A DNA stretch of 64,000 nucleotides from contig NC_086097.1 in assembly GCF_963921235.1 (NCBI RefSeq), positions 226,054,001 through 226,118,000 on the forward strand, written 5' to 3'. This DNA is from Mobula hypostoma. Its lineage: Eukaryota. Under the pieces are notes generated by a model, which worked only from the letters and a program-made list of their open reading frames with translations, had not been told where the DNA came from and did not search any database. The position numbers and the translations under genes were made by a program. Shown here piece after piece: positions 1 to 13,100 of the stretch. Numbering within the stretch: position 1 is the stretch's first letter; each line of letters begins with the position of its first letter.

Positions 1-884
1 AGGTACCTGGATGTATGTGAATGTAAGTTTATTGTATGTAGATATATGATACCGAGCTCCATAAAATTGTATTGCATGGGAACGTTGCTTCCTGGTTTAT
101 TATTTTGTACTCAACACATATTCAAAGGACCTGGTATGTGAACAATAATGGCTACATCCCATACCAGGAATCTAGATGTCACTTCTCTTACAGGATGATG
201 TTGTAACTCACATGTTGTCTCTGAGTTTATGAGTTAACATCTATCACTGATCCAATGAATTTCTATAAGAAATGCAGAAGCTCTTCCAGTTCAATAAGAT
301 CAACAGCACTATTTAAGTGACACATCCTCATATAATACCCAAAATTTTGTTAAATATTCTATACAAAAATGAAAGCTGTTGTATCAGGCTATTACGTACT
401 TGTTATTTTAATACACCTGTTCCAGGTTTCTATCTCAAGAAATGGTCCATTAAAATGTTTATGCTTCATCTATCTAACATCTAGAATATACTGCAAAGAA
501 CCATGTCATAAGCAGTAAACTGATTACTAGAGGAAGTCTCTCTGCAGTATGCCAAAGTAATAAATTCATAAGGTAACACTGGGGAGTTATGGCCCAGTTA
601 TTGAATTGAATGGTGCTGAATTTCTGAGGAAGAGTACGTGTTTTTGCTCTTATATTGTGCATTTAATACATTTCACCAAAGTGAATTTATATAATCTTTT
701 CTTCCTTTTCATGATCATCAAGCATGAGATTGTATTTACTAAATGTTCAATTAGAATCATTATTTCTAGAGGTACATTTCTCTTTTTTGTATTGTATTGT
801 TTATTTCTCCTTCCATTTGTTATCTGAATGCATTTTCTTTTCCTTGTTGCATTCCATCATTTTCACCTTCTCTTTGCTTAGGTA

Positions 885-2450
885 GAACATAGAACAAAGA
901 ACATAGAATATCGAACAGTATAGCACAGGAACAAGCCCTTCACCCACAATATTGTGCCGAATCAATTAAACTAGTAATCAAATTGCGAACTAATCACTTC
1001 TACCTACACAAGGACCATTTCCCTCCATTATTTTTCGTATTCTTGTGCCTATCTAAATGTCTCTTAGAAGTTTAATGTATCTGCCACTGCCACCATCCTA
1101 GGCAGTGCATTCCAGCACCCACCAATCTCTGCAAAAAAACTTTCCCCTCAAAACTTCTTTGAAATTACCCACCCCTCCCCCTCACCTTATATGGGTGCCC
1201 TCTGAAATTTAAATTTCAACCCTTGGAAAAATATACTTTCTGTCTATCTATGCCTTTCATAATCTTATAAACTCTATCAATTGGGGAATTGAGTACAAGA
1301 GCAAATGTCAAAAGATTGGAGCGACTGTGCTTGTATACTCTGGAATTTAGAAGGCTGAGAGGGGATCTTATTGAAACATATAAGATTATTAAGGGATTGG
1401 ACACGCTGGAGGCAGGAAGCATGTTCCCACTGATGGGTGAGTCCAGAACCAGAGGCTACAGTTTAAGAATAAGGGTTAGGCCATTTAGAACGGAGTTGAG
1501 GAAAAACTTTTTCACCCAGAGAGTGGTGGATGTATGGAATGCTCTGCCCCAGAAGGCTGTGGAGGCCAAGTCTCTGGATGCTTTCAAGAAAGAGATGGAT
1601 AGAGCTCTTAAAGATAGTGGAATCAAAGGTTATGGGGATAAGGCAGGAACTGGATACTGATTGTGGATGATCAGCCATGATCACAGTGAATGGCGGTGCT
1701 GGCTCAAAGGGCCGAATGGCCTACTCCTGCACCTATTGTCTATTGTCCTCTGAGCCTCCACTGCTCCAGAAAAAACAACTCAAGTTGTCCAACCAATTGT
1801 TATAGTACATGTCCTCTAATCCAGGCCAAAACTTCAACATCCTTCCTATAATGGTGTGACCAGAACTGTATGCAATATTCTGGTTGCAGCCTAAATGGAA
1901 ATTTTTAAAGCTGTAACGTAACTTCCTGACTTTAGGACTCACTGCCTCAACTAGTAAAGGCAAGCATGCCGTATGCCTTTTTTGACCACCTTGTCAACTT
2001 GTATGGGCACTTTCAGGGAGCTATGAAGTTGAACCCCAAGGTCCCTCTGCTTTTCAATATTGTCAAGGATCTTGGCCTTAGCAGTGTACTGTCTCTTTGC
2101 ATTTGATCAATGTGCGACACCTCACATTTCACCGGGTTAAATTACATCTGCCATTTCTCCACCCATAACAGCATCTGATCTGAATCACATTGTATTCTTT
2201 GTCAGTCTTCTATGTCATCCACAACACCACCAATCTTCATATCATTTGCAAACCTACTAACCCTGCCACCTACACTTTCAACCAGGTCCTGCACATGACA
2301 AATAGCAGAGGTCCCAATATAAATCCATGCAGAACACCACTAATCACACACCTCCAGCTAGAATAATACTCTTTGACACTACCCTCTGCCTTCTATGGGC
2401 AAGCCAATTCTGAATCCAAATGGCCAGTTCACCATGGGCCCCCTGCATCT
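885..2450 (-). mobile_element. Old CR1 LINE 3' fragment (RT C-terminus and tail), split by a + strand CR1 at 1281-1748
   Basis: (agaacat)n-like tail at 885-910 (ttctatg repeats on the minus strand). Degenerate CR1 ORF2 text (VYKIMKGIDR) and CR1-type sequence resume at 1749. Confidence 0.8.
1281..1748 (+). mobile_element. CR1 LINE, 5'-truncated 3' end
   Basis: ORF 1289-1660 encodes the CR1 ORF2 C-terminus (LEFRRLRGDLIETYKIIKGLD...NFFTQRVV). A 3'UTR follows, ending in (ctattgt)2. Confidence 0.92.
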
Positions 2451-3445
2451 GCCACGAGGCTTCTACTGAAGATTAAGATGCATGCCATCAATAAATGATG
2501 ACATTTTGCATGCAGCTCTGATGGCAATCATCAAGTATTTCCATTTAGGACTACTACAGCTGAAATTCACAGTCAGAGCCATGGGTACTCCAGTAAGCAA
2601 CATCGTTTTAAGATGTTTAAAAAAATCTATCAGTACTCAAAATTGGCAGACTCAGGTCACATGCAGTTCCTCCTTAAGGAAATGGGAGAGGGGCAGGAGC
2701 ACTGAGTTCAATTGAAACAGAAAGGCTTTAGAAGCCCACTTCTGACCATCCTGCTGGTGAATGTACAGTCGCTGGAAAATACAACTGAAGACCTCAGAAC
2801 ATGATTGCAGTACCAGAGATTTATCAGGGGCTGTTGTGTAATTTGCTTATCAAAAACATGGCTAACCACTGCCATTTTGGATATACGGCTGCAGCTCAAT
2901 AGCTTCACCATTCTCCGCAAAGAGAGACGATCTCAGACTTTGAAAGGTAGTGAGGGTGGAGTATATTTTATGACTATGCATTGTGATGCAGAGATGTGGC
3001 AGGTCTCTCTCAATTCAGATCACCTGACCCGGAAAAATGAGTGGTCAAATGTTGTCCATCTTATCTGCTGATGGAGTTTTCTGCCATCATTCTATTAGCA
3101 GGGTCCATCCTACCTCAGGGTAATGCTAGAGGAGCTGAGCAGCATGATCAACTGTCAAGAAACAGCACACCTGGATGCCTTCACAATTACAGTAAGAGAT
3201 TTCAACCAGGTGATCTTGAAGAAGTCTTGAAACAACTACCACCAACATATCACCCGTCGAACTCGAGGAGCCAACACACTTGACCATTGATGCACCACCA
3301 TCAAGAATGGCCTCTGTGCCATCCCATGCACACTCTTTAGAAAGTCCGAACAACTGGCTGTACTTCTACTCCTAGCATATAGACAGAGACTAAAAACCGT
3401 GGTCAGAGCCACAAAGGTATCATCAAGGGAGGACTGCTTCAGAGT

Positions 3446-4010
3446 CATAGAGCCATACATAAGTACAGCACAGAAACATACCTTTAAGCCCACCCAGTCT
3501 ACACCTCACCATTTAACCTACCTACTTCCACGAACCTGCACCCGGACCATAGCTCTCTGTTTCCCTACTGTCCATGTACCCATCAAAACTTCTCTTAAAC
3601 GTTGAAATCAAGCTTGCATGCTGGCAGCTCAATCCACACTTTCATGATCCTCTGAGTCAAAAGGTTCCCCTCATGTTCCCCTTAAACTTCTCACCTTTCA
3701 CCCTAAGCTATGACCTCTGGTTGTAGTCCCACCCAACCTCAGTGGAAAAAGCCTGCTTGGATTTATCCAATCTATACCCCTTAAAATTTTGTCTACCTCT
3801 ATCAAATCTCCTCTCAGTCTTCTGCATTCTAAAGAATACAGTCCTAACCTATTCAATCTTTCATTATAACTCAGGTCCTCCAGACCTGGCAACATCCTTG
3901 AAAGTTTCTCTGTACTCTTTCAACCTTGTTTACATCTTTCCTGTAGGTAGGTGACCAAGACTGCATATACTTCTCCAAATTAGGACTCAGCAAAGTCTTA
4001 TACAACTTCT
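3446..4010 (-). mobile_element. CR1 3' fragment nested in Rex/Babar
   Basis: ORF 3698-3895 (LPGLEDLSYNERLNRLGLYSLECRRLRGDLIEV) plus CR1 3'UTR. Confidence 0.88.
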
Positions 4011-5348
4011 ACAGTGGGTGGACTGGAATTTACCTTTGAATCTGAATGAACACATCGCAATTGTCACTGATTTCATTAAGACCTGTGTGGATGAGTGTGT
4101 CCATTCGAGAACATGCTAGACAACTGAAAGCCGTGGATGAACCAGGAGATTCATAGTCTGTTAAGGGCGAGGATTGTGGCATTCAGGACTAGTTGTCTAG
4201 AATGGTACAACATGTCCAGGTATGACCTACAAAAGGCTATTTTAAGAGTGAAAAAGTTGGAGATGGAATCAGATGCACGTCAGCTGTGGCAAGGTTTGCA
4301 GGCCATTACTTCCTACAAAGCAAAACCTGACATTATGAATGGCTGTGATGCTTCACTCTTAGACGAGCTCAAAGCTCCTTATGCATGCTTCGAATGGGAG
4401 AATAAATCTACACCTGTGCAAATCCCTACAGCATCTAATGACCCTGTGATCTCTGTCTCAGAGGCTAATGTCAGTGCATCTTTCAAGAGGGTCAACCCTC
4501 ATAAGGCTTCAGGCTCTGATGATGTACTTGACAGGACATTGAAAACCTGTGCCAACCAACTGGAAGGAGTGTTCAAAGACATCTTCAACCTTGTACTGCT
4601 GTAGATGGAGGTTCCTACCTACTTCAAAAGTGCAGCAATCATAACACTACCCAAGAAGAGCAGAGTAAGCTGCCTCAAGGACTATTGAACAGATGGACTC
4701 ATATCCACTGTGATGAAGTGTTTTCACAGGCTGATCATGGCCAGAACCAACTTCTGCTTAAGCAATTTGCCTGTCACCACAATATGTCTACAGAGGATGC
4801 AATCTCATTTGCCTTCACTTGGTTTTGTATCACCAGGACAATAGTAATACTTATGTTAGACTCCTGTTTATTGACTATAGTTCAGCATTCAAATCAATCA
4901 TCCCCCCACTTCTAATCAACAGGCTCCAAAACCTGGGCCTCTGTACCTCTGCCTGCATAAGTATGCTTGACTTCCTCACTGGGAGACAAGTGCTTAGCTT
5001 ACTGGTTTATTCTCTCTACACCTACAACTGGGTAGTTAGGCACAGCTCTAGTGCCATCTACAAATTTACTGATGACACAGCTATTGTTGGCAGAATTTCA
5101 GATGGTGACGAGGAGTCATACAGGAGTGAAATAGATCAGCTGGTTGAGTGATGTATCAACAACAACCTTGCACTCAATGTCATTAAGACCAAGGAATTGT
5201 TTGTGAACTTCAAGAAGGGGAAGACAAGGGAACACATACTAGTCAAATTAAGGGATCAGAAGTGAAGTGTGAGAAACAATTTCAAGTTCCTGGGTGTTAA
5301 CACCTCTGAAGATCTATCCTGCACCCAGCATATCTATGCAATCATAAA

Positions 5349-5911
5349 GGTAACGCCCTGGGAAAGGTTTCACTGCTAATGCACTGGTTTCTCTGTAGCA
5401 GCAGTGTTTGGGTTATGATTAGAGATAACAGAGGTTTTGGAATGTGCACCATCCAATGAGGGGAGTGTTGTTTCTTTCTTGTGTGTCTGAGAGGAGGTAT
5501 TCGCGGTCTTTTGTTGGCGAGACATGAAGAGAGAAGACGCAAGAGGAAAGAGCTGGTAGACCGCAGGGCAGAGTGGACTTGATGTAAGGGTCTGTGAGTC
5601 GACAACGCTCCGACGAAATTGATGGGGAATTAATGGATGGAAAACCGTGAGCTCCAACGTGCACATTAGACTGTTTCATTAAAATGGGCCCTTTTTCTTT
5701 TTGTTTTCTTTACCAACCCTATAGTCAAATTAAGAATTACAAAGCTCAATCGTCTAATTGCGTATAGTGTACTGTCTGATATTTTGCGGTAATGATTTGT
5801 AACAGGGCAACACATAATGCAGCAGCCATACAAACGAGACTTCACAAGTTTTGTGGGGCCGGAGATTGTCTTCCCCTAGACTAATGCCGCCAGCCGAAAC
5901 TGGGTGTTACT
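5349..5911 (+). mobile_element. Probable solo LTR (~560 bp)
   Basis: Terminal inverted repeats gtaacgccctg (5350) and ctgggtgttac (ending 5910). Imperfect 4-bp TSD taaa/caaa. It interrupts otherwise contiguous Rex sequence. Strand is tentative. Confidence 0.7.
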
Positions 5912-5996
5912 CAAAGAAGGCATGGTCGAAGCTATATTTCATTAGAAGTTTGAGGAGACTTGGCATGTCACCTAAGACAACAGCAAATTTCTAAAG

Positions 5997-7043
5997 ATTG
6001 AATTGAATTGACTTTATTTCTTACATTCTTCACATACATGAAGAGTTACGTCTTTGTCTAAATGTGCAATTTTAATAATATATAATAAATAGAACAGTCA
6101 TTGTAACATAGAAATACACTCAAATCGGTGTGAGTTAATCAGTCTGATGGCCTGGTCAAAGACGCTGTCCCGGAGCCTATTGGTCCTGGCTTTTATACTG
6201 TGGTACAGGTCCCGGATAGTAGCAGCTGGAAGAGATGGTGGTTGGGGTGACTCGGGTCCCCAATGATCCTTTGGGCCCTTTTTTCATACCTGTCTTTGTA
6301 AATGTCTAGAATTGTAGGAAGTTCACAACTACAAATGCGCAGGGCTGTCTGCACCACTCTCTGGAGAATACGGCGATTAAGGAGGTACAGTTCCCATACC
6401 AGGCAGTGATGCAGCAGCCAGTCAGATGCTCTCAACTGTGCCCCTGTAGAAAGTTCTTAGGATTTGGAGGCCCATACCAAACTTCCTCAACCATCTGAGA
6501 TGAAAGAAGCACTGTTGTGCCATTTTCACCACGCAGCTGATGTGTACAGACCTCGTGAGATCCTCAGTGATGTGGAGGCTGAGGAACTTAAAGCTGTTTT
6601 CCCTCTCAACCAAAGATCCATTGATCTCAATAGGGGTTAGCCCATCTCCATTTCTCCCGTAATTCATAAGCAGCTCCTTTGTTTTTGCGACATTGAGGGA
6701 GAGGTTGTTTTCTTGACACCACTGTGTCAGAGAGATGACTTCTTCCCTGTAGGCCACCTCATTATTTTTTGAGACAAGGTCAATCAATGTAGTGACGCCA
6801 GCAAATTTAATTAGCAGATTAGAGTTGTGGGTGGCAACACAGTCATGGATATACAGGGAGTAAAGTAGGGGACTTAGTACACAATCCTGAAGGGCTCCTT
6901 TGTTGAGAATCAGTGGGGTGGAGGTGAGGGAGCCCTCTCTTACCACCTGCCGGTGATCTGACAGGAAGTCCAGGATCCAACTGCACAAGGCAGGGTCATG
7001 GCCGAGGTCGCTGAGTTTGTACTGAGATGTACCAAGGTCTCGG
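5997..7043 (-). mobile_element. Rex1/Babar 3' fragment
   Basis: RT ORF 6422-7102 ([23 protein letters not shown]). (attga)n microsatellite tail at 5997-6011. agat on both sides is a possible TSD. Confidence 0.87.
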
Positions 7044-7218
7044 AGATGTACTGTGGAGAGCATTTTAACTAGTTGTATCACCATCTGGTATGAAGGGACC
7101 ACTGCAGTGGACTGAAAAATGCTGCAGAAAGTTGTAAACTGCCTGTTCCATCATGGGCACTGGACTCACCGGCATCCAGGCCACCTTCAAAAGGCAATGC
7201 CTCAAAAAGGCAGTATCC

Positions 7219-9212
7219 AGCAGAATCAGAACCATAATCAGGATTATTATCACAGGCACGTGTCATGGAATTTGTTAACTTAGCTGCAGCAGTTGAATGC
7301 AATACATAATATAAAGGAGAGAAAATAATTAAATAAATAAATTACAGTATACATATTAAATAGATTAAAATGTGCAAAAAACAGAAATACTATATATTAA
7401 AAAAGTGAGGTAGTGTCCAAGGCTTCAAAGTCCATTTAGGAATCAGATGGCAGAGGGGAACAAGCTGTTCCTGAATCGCTGAGTGTGTGCCTTCAGGCTT
7501 CTGTATCTCCTACCTAATGGTAACAGTGAGAAAAGGGCATGCCCTGGGTGCTGGAGATCCTTAATAATGGACAGTGTCTTTCTGAGACACTGCTCCCTAA
7601 AGATGTCCTGGGTACTTTGCAGGCTAGTGCACAAGATGGAGCTGACTAGATTTACAACCTTCTGTAGCTTCTTTCAGTCCTGTGCAGTAGCCCCTCCATA
7701 CCAGACAGTGATGCAGCCTGTCAGAATGCTCTCCATGGTACAACTATAGAAGTTTTTGAGTGTATTTGTTGACATGCCAAATCACATCAAACTCCTAATA
7801 AAGTATAGCCGCTGTCTTGCCTTCTTTATAACTACATCAATGTGTTGGGACCAGGTTAGATCCTCAGATCTTGTCACTCAGGAACTTGAAGCTGCTCACT
7901 CTCTCCACTTCTGATCCCTCTATGAGGATTGGTATGTGTTCCTTCATCTTACCGTTCCTGAAGTCCACAATCAGCTCTTTCGTCTTACTGACATTGAGTG
8001 CCAGGTTGTTGCTGCGACACCATTCCACTAGTTGGCATATCTCACTGCTGTACACCCTCTCGTCACCACCTGAGATTCTACCAACAATGGTTGTATCGTC
8101 AGCAAATTTGTAGATGGTATTTGAGCTATGCCTAGCCACACAGTCATGTGCATAGAGAGAGTAGAGCAGTGGGCTAAGCACACACCCCTGAGGTGCGCCA
8201 CTGTTGATCATCAGCGAAGAGGATATGTTATCACCAATCCGCACAGAAAGTGGTCTTCTGGTTAGGAAGTCGAGAATCCAATTACAGGTGGAGGTACAGA
8301 GGCCCAGGTTCTGCAACTTCTCAATCAGGATTGTGGGAATGATGGTATTAAATGCTGAGCTGTAGTCGATGAACAGCATCCTGACATAGGAGATTGTGTT
8401 GTCTCGGTGGTCTAAAGCCATGCGAGAGCCATTGAGATTGCATCTGCCATTGACTTATTGTAGCAATAAGCAAATTGCAATGGGTCCAAGTCCTTGCTGA
8501 GGCAGGAGTTCAGTCTAGTCATGACCAACCTCTCAAAGCATTTCATTACTGTCAATATGTGTGCTACCGGGCGATAGTCGTTAAGGCAGCCCGCATTATT
8601 CTTCTTTGGCACTGGTATAATTGTTGCCTTTTTGAAGTAAGTGGGAACTTCTGCCCATAGCTGTGCGAGGTTGAAAAGATCCTTCAATATTCCTGCTAGT
8701 TGGTTGGCACAGGTTTTCAGAGCCTTACCAGGTACTCCATCAGGACCTTCTGCCTTGCGAGGGTTCACTCTCTAACATCGGCCTGTGAGACAGATCACAG
8801 GGTCATCAGGTGCAGCAGGGATCTTCACAGCTGTAGTTGTGTTTTCCCTTTCAAAGAGTGCATAGAAGGCATTGAGTTCATCTGGTAGTGAAGCATCGCT
8901 GCCATTCATGCTATTGGGTTTTGCTTTGTAGGAGGTAATGTCTTGCAGCCCCTGCCAGAGTTGCCATGCATCTGATATCACCTCCAAACGCATTCGAAAT
9001 TGTCACTTTGCCCTTGAAATAGCCCTCCATGAATCATACCTGGTTTTCTGGTACAGGCCTGGGTTGCCAGACTTGAATGCCACAGATCTAGCCTTCAGCA
9101 GACAACGTACCTCCTGGTTTATCCACAGCTTTTGGTTTGAAAATGGACAGCAGGTCAGCGAGGAGGAGATATTATCACCAATCCATACAAAATGTGGTCT
9201 TCCTGTTAGGAA
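7219..9212 (-). mobile_element. Rex1/Babar LINE, 5'-truncated
   Basis: ORFs 7864-8421 ([38 protein letters not shown]), 8412-8768 and 8772-8993. Tail cagaatcagaac at 7220. Confidence 0.92.
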
Positions 9213-9257
9213 GCTCACTGAAAGCTCCGTCACTTGTCCAGGCTTGTTAGCCAACCA

Positions 9258-9767
9258 CGAGAAAATCTGCAGATGCTGGAAATTCAAGCAAGGCACACAA
9301 AATGCTGGTGGAACGTAGCAGGCCAGGCAGCATCTATTCGAAGACGTACAGTCAACGTTTCGGGCCAAGACCCTTCGTCAAGACTAACTGAAAGAAGAGA
9401 TAGTAAGAGATTTGAGAGGGGGAGGGGGAGTGGGAGATCTGAAATGATAGGAGAAGACAGGAGGGGGAAGGATGAAGCCAAGAGCTGGGAAGTTGATTGG
9501 CAAAAAGGATACAAGGCTGGAGAAAGGGGAGTATCATGGAACGGAAGGCCTTGGAAGAAAGGGGGAGGGGGGAGCACCAGAGCCCCATCCCTATTTATTT
9601 ATTTATTCTCTCTTATCCCTCTCACAATAACTCCTTGCCTGTTCTCCATCTTCCTCTGGGGCTCCCCCCTCCCCCTTTCTTCCAAGGCCTCCCGTTCCAT
9701 GATACTCTCCTTTCTCCAGCCTTATATCCCTTTTGCCAATCAACTTCCCAGCTCTTGGCTTCATCCC
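9258..9767. mobile_element. Penelope-like terminal (pLTR) sequence in inverted arrangement
   Basis: Minus copy 9258-9581 and plus copy 9582-9767 share ~110 bp as inverted repeats. Both are homologous to the 3' part of the GIY-YIG elements at 16906 and 46707. Confidence 0.82.
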
Positions 9768-9769
9768 AT

Positions 9770-10100
9770 AGAGGTTGAATTCATTCCACAGAGCTTGAGT
9801 TGGACTACAACCAGAGATCATGGCTTAAGGATGAAAGGTGAGAAGTTTAAGGGGAACAATAGGGGAAACTTCTTCACTCAGAGAATCGTAAGAGTGCGGT
9901 ATGAGCTGCCAGCACAAGTGGTCCATGCAAGCTCTTTTTCAACGTTTAAGAAAAGCTTGGATAGGTACATAGGTAGTAGAAGTATGAAGGCTATGGCCCG
10001 GTACAGGTTGTTGGGAGTTGACAGTTTGAATTGCTTTCAGCATGGACTAGTAAGCAGGCTGAAGGGCCTGTTAACATGCTGGAATTATCTATGACTCTAG
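9770..10100 (+). mobile_element. CR1 3' end fragment
   Basis: TTTRDHGLRMKGEKFKGNNRGNFFTQRIV followed by CR1 3'UTR ending ctatgactcta. Confidence 0.82.
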
Positions 10101-10114
10101 CACCTGGGAGGAAA

Positions 10115-13100
10115 TGTTGACTATTTATCAACAGGTCTAGGTTAGGCAACTCACTCCACAACTTTTAATTAATCAAAACTCGCACTTTATTGTCTCTACA
10201 CAAACAACAGCATAAATATGTTGACCCCAGGCCAGAAACTCAAGACAAAACTTCTACAGTTCCCTCTGTAATAATACTCACCCAGACCACTTAAATAGAA
10301 CATAGAATAGTACAGCACAATACAGGTCCTTTGGCCCACATTGTTGTGCCAACCCTCAAACCCTGCCTCCCATATAACCCCCCACCTTAAATTCCTCCAT
10401 ATGCCTGTCTGGTAGCCTCTTAGATTTCACTAGTGTATCTGCCTCCACCACTGACTCAGGCAGTGCATTCCACGCACAAATCTCTCAGTAAAAAAACCTT
10501 CCTCTGATATCCCCCTTGAATTTCCCACCCCTTACCTTAAAGCCATGTCCTCTTGTGTTGAGCAGTGGTGCCCTGGGGAAGAGGCGCTGGCTATCCACCC
10601 TATCTATTCCTCTTAATATCTTGTATACCTCTATCATGTCTCCTCTCATCCTCCTTCTCTCCAAAGAGTAAAGCCCTAGCCCCCTTAATCTCTGATCATA
10701 ATCCATACTCTCTAAACCAGGCAGCATCGTGGTAAATCTCCTCTGTACCCTTTCCAATGCTTCCACATCCTTCCTATAGTGAGGCAAACAGAACTGGACA
10801 CAGTACTCCAAGTGTGGCCTAACCAGAGTTTTATAGAGCTGCATCATTACCTCGCAACTCTTAAACTCTGTCCCTCGACTTATGAAAGCTAACACCCCAT
10901 AAGCTTTCTTAACTACCCTATCTACTTGTGAGGCAACTTTCAGGGATCTGTGGACATGTACCCCCAGATCCCTCTGCTCCTCCACACTACCAAGTATCCT
11001 GCCATTTACTTCATACTCTGCCTTGGAGTTTGTCCTTCCAAAGCGTACCACCTCACACTTCTCCGGGTTGAACTCCATCTGCCACTTCTCAGCCCACTTC
11101 TGCAACCTATCAATGACTCTCTGCAATCTTTGGCAATCTTCTACAGTATCTACAACACCACCAACCTTTGTGTCATCTGCAAACTTACCAACCCACCCTT
11201 CTACCCCCACATCCAGGTCGTTAATTAAAATCATGAAACGAGAGATCCCAGAACCGATCCTTCTGGGATACAACCAGTCACAACCCTCCAATCTGATTGT
11301 ACTCCCTCCACCATGACCCTCTGCCTTCTGCAGGCAAGCCAATTCTGAATCCACCTGGCCAAACTTCCCTGGATCCCATGCCTTCTGACTTTCTGAATAA
11401 GCCTACCATGTGGAACCTTGTCAAATGCCTTACTAAAATACATATAGATCACATCCACTGCACTATCCTCATCTATATGCTTGGTCACCTCCTCAAAGAA
11501 CTCTATCAGGCTTGTTAGACATGATCTGCCCTTCACAAAGCTATGCTGACTGTCCCTGATCAGACCATGATTCTCTAATGCCCATAGATCCTATCTCTAA
11601 GAATCTTTTCCAACAGCTTTCCCACCACAGACGGAAACCTCACTGGTCTATAATTACCCAGACTATCCCTACTAACTTTTTTGAACAAGGGGACAACATT
11701 TGCCTCCCTCTAATCCTCTGGTACCATTCCCATAGACAATGAGGACATAAAGATCCTAGCCAGAGGCTCAGCAATCACTTCCATCACCTCGTGGAGCAGC
11801 CTCGGGAGTATTCCGTCAGGCCCTGGGGAACTATCCATCCTAATGTATTTTAATAACTCCAACACCTCCTCTCCCTTAATATCAACATGCTCCAGAACAT
11901 CAACCTCACTCATATTGTTTTCACCGTCATCAAGTTCCCCCTCATTGGTGAATACCGAAGAGTAGTATTCATTGAGGACCTCACTCACTTCCACAGCCTC
12001 CAGGCACATCTTCCCACCTTTATCTCTAATCGGTCCTACCTTCATTCCTGTCATCCTTTTGTTCTTCACAGAATTGAAGAATGCCTTAGGGTTTTCCTTT
12101 ACCCTACTCGCCAAGACGTTCTCATGCCTCCTTCTTGCTCTTCTCAGCCCCTTCTTAAGCTCCTTTCTTGCTACCCTATATTCCGCAATAGACCCATCTG
12201 ATCCTTGCTTCCTAAACCTCATGTATGCTGCCTTCTTCCACCTGACTAGATTTTCCACCTCACTTGTCACATACTGTTCCTTCACCCCACCATTCTTTAT
12301 CTTCCTCACCGGGACAAATTTATCCCTAACATCCTGCAAGAGATCGCTAAACATTGACCACATGTCCATAGTACATTTCCCTGCAAAAACATCATCCCAA
12401 TTCACACCTGCAAGTTCTAGCCTTATAGCCTCATAATTTGCCCTTCCCCAATTAAAAAATTTCCTGTCCTCTCTGATTCTATCCTTTTCCATGATAATGC
12501 TAAAGGCCAGGGAGTGGTGGTCACTGTCCCCCAGATGCTCACCCACTGAGAGATCTGTGATCTGACCCGGTTCGTTACCCAATACTAAATCTAGTATGGC
12601 CTTCCCTCTAGTCGGCCTGTCAACATACTGTGACAGGAATCCATCCTGGACACACTTAAACTCTGCCCCATCCAAACCCTTGGAACTAATCAGGTGCCAA
12701 TCAATATTAGGGAAGTTAAAGTCATCCATGTTAACAACCCTGTTATTTTTGCACCTTTCCAAAATCTGCCTCCCAATCTGCTCCTCTGTATCTCTGCTGC
12801 TACCAAGGGGCCTATAGAATACTCCCAATAGAGTAACCGCTCCCTTCCTGTTCCTGACTTCCACCCATACTGACTCAAAAGAGGATCCTGCCACATTACC
12901 CACCCTTCCTGTAGCTGTAATAGTATCCCTGACCAGTAACGCCACCACTCCTCCCCTCTTCCCCCCTCTCTATCCCTTTTAAAGCACTGAAATCCAGGAA
13001 TATTGAGAAGTCATTCTTGCCCTGGTGCCAGCCAATTCTCCGTAATGGCCACTGCATCATAATTCCATGTATGTATCCAAGCTCTCAGTTTATCACCTTT

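Larger units (their letters stand above)
2600..7218 (+). mobile_element. Degenerate, near full-length Rex1/Babar LINE interrupted by three insertions
   Basis: APE endonuclease start (LLVNVQSLEN...CCVICLSKTWL), linker (ARQLWQGLQAITSYK) and RT motifs ([23 protein letters not shown]) are collinear across the insertions at 3446-4010, 5349-5911 and 5997-7043. Confidence 0.85.

Noticed and set aside
1..470. Micro-exons (ag-GTACCTGG...-gtaagt at 3-22; acceptors at 193 and 426)
   Set aside because: Downstream donors are weak, there is no recognisable peptide, and the first acceptor is cut by the window edge.
9234..10094. 286-aa ORF as a novel gene
   Set aside because: Chance read-through across inverted Penelope pLTRs and a CR1 tail.
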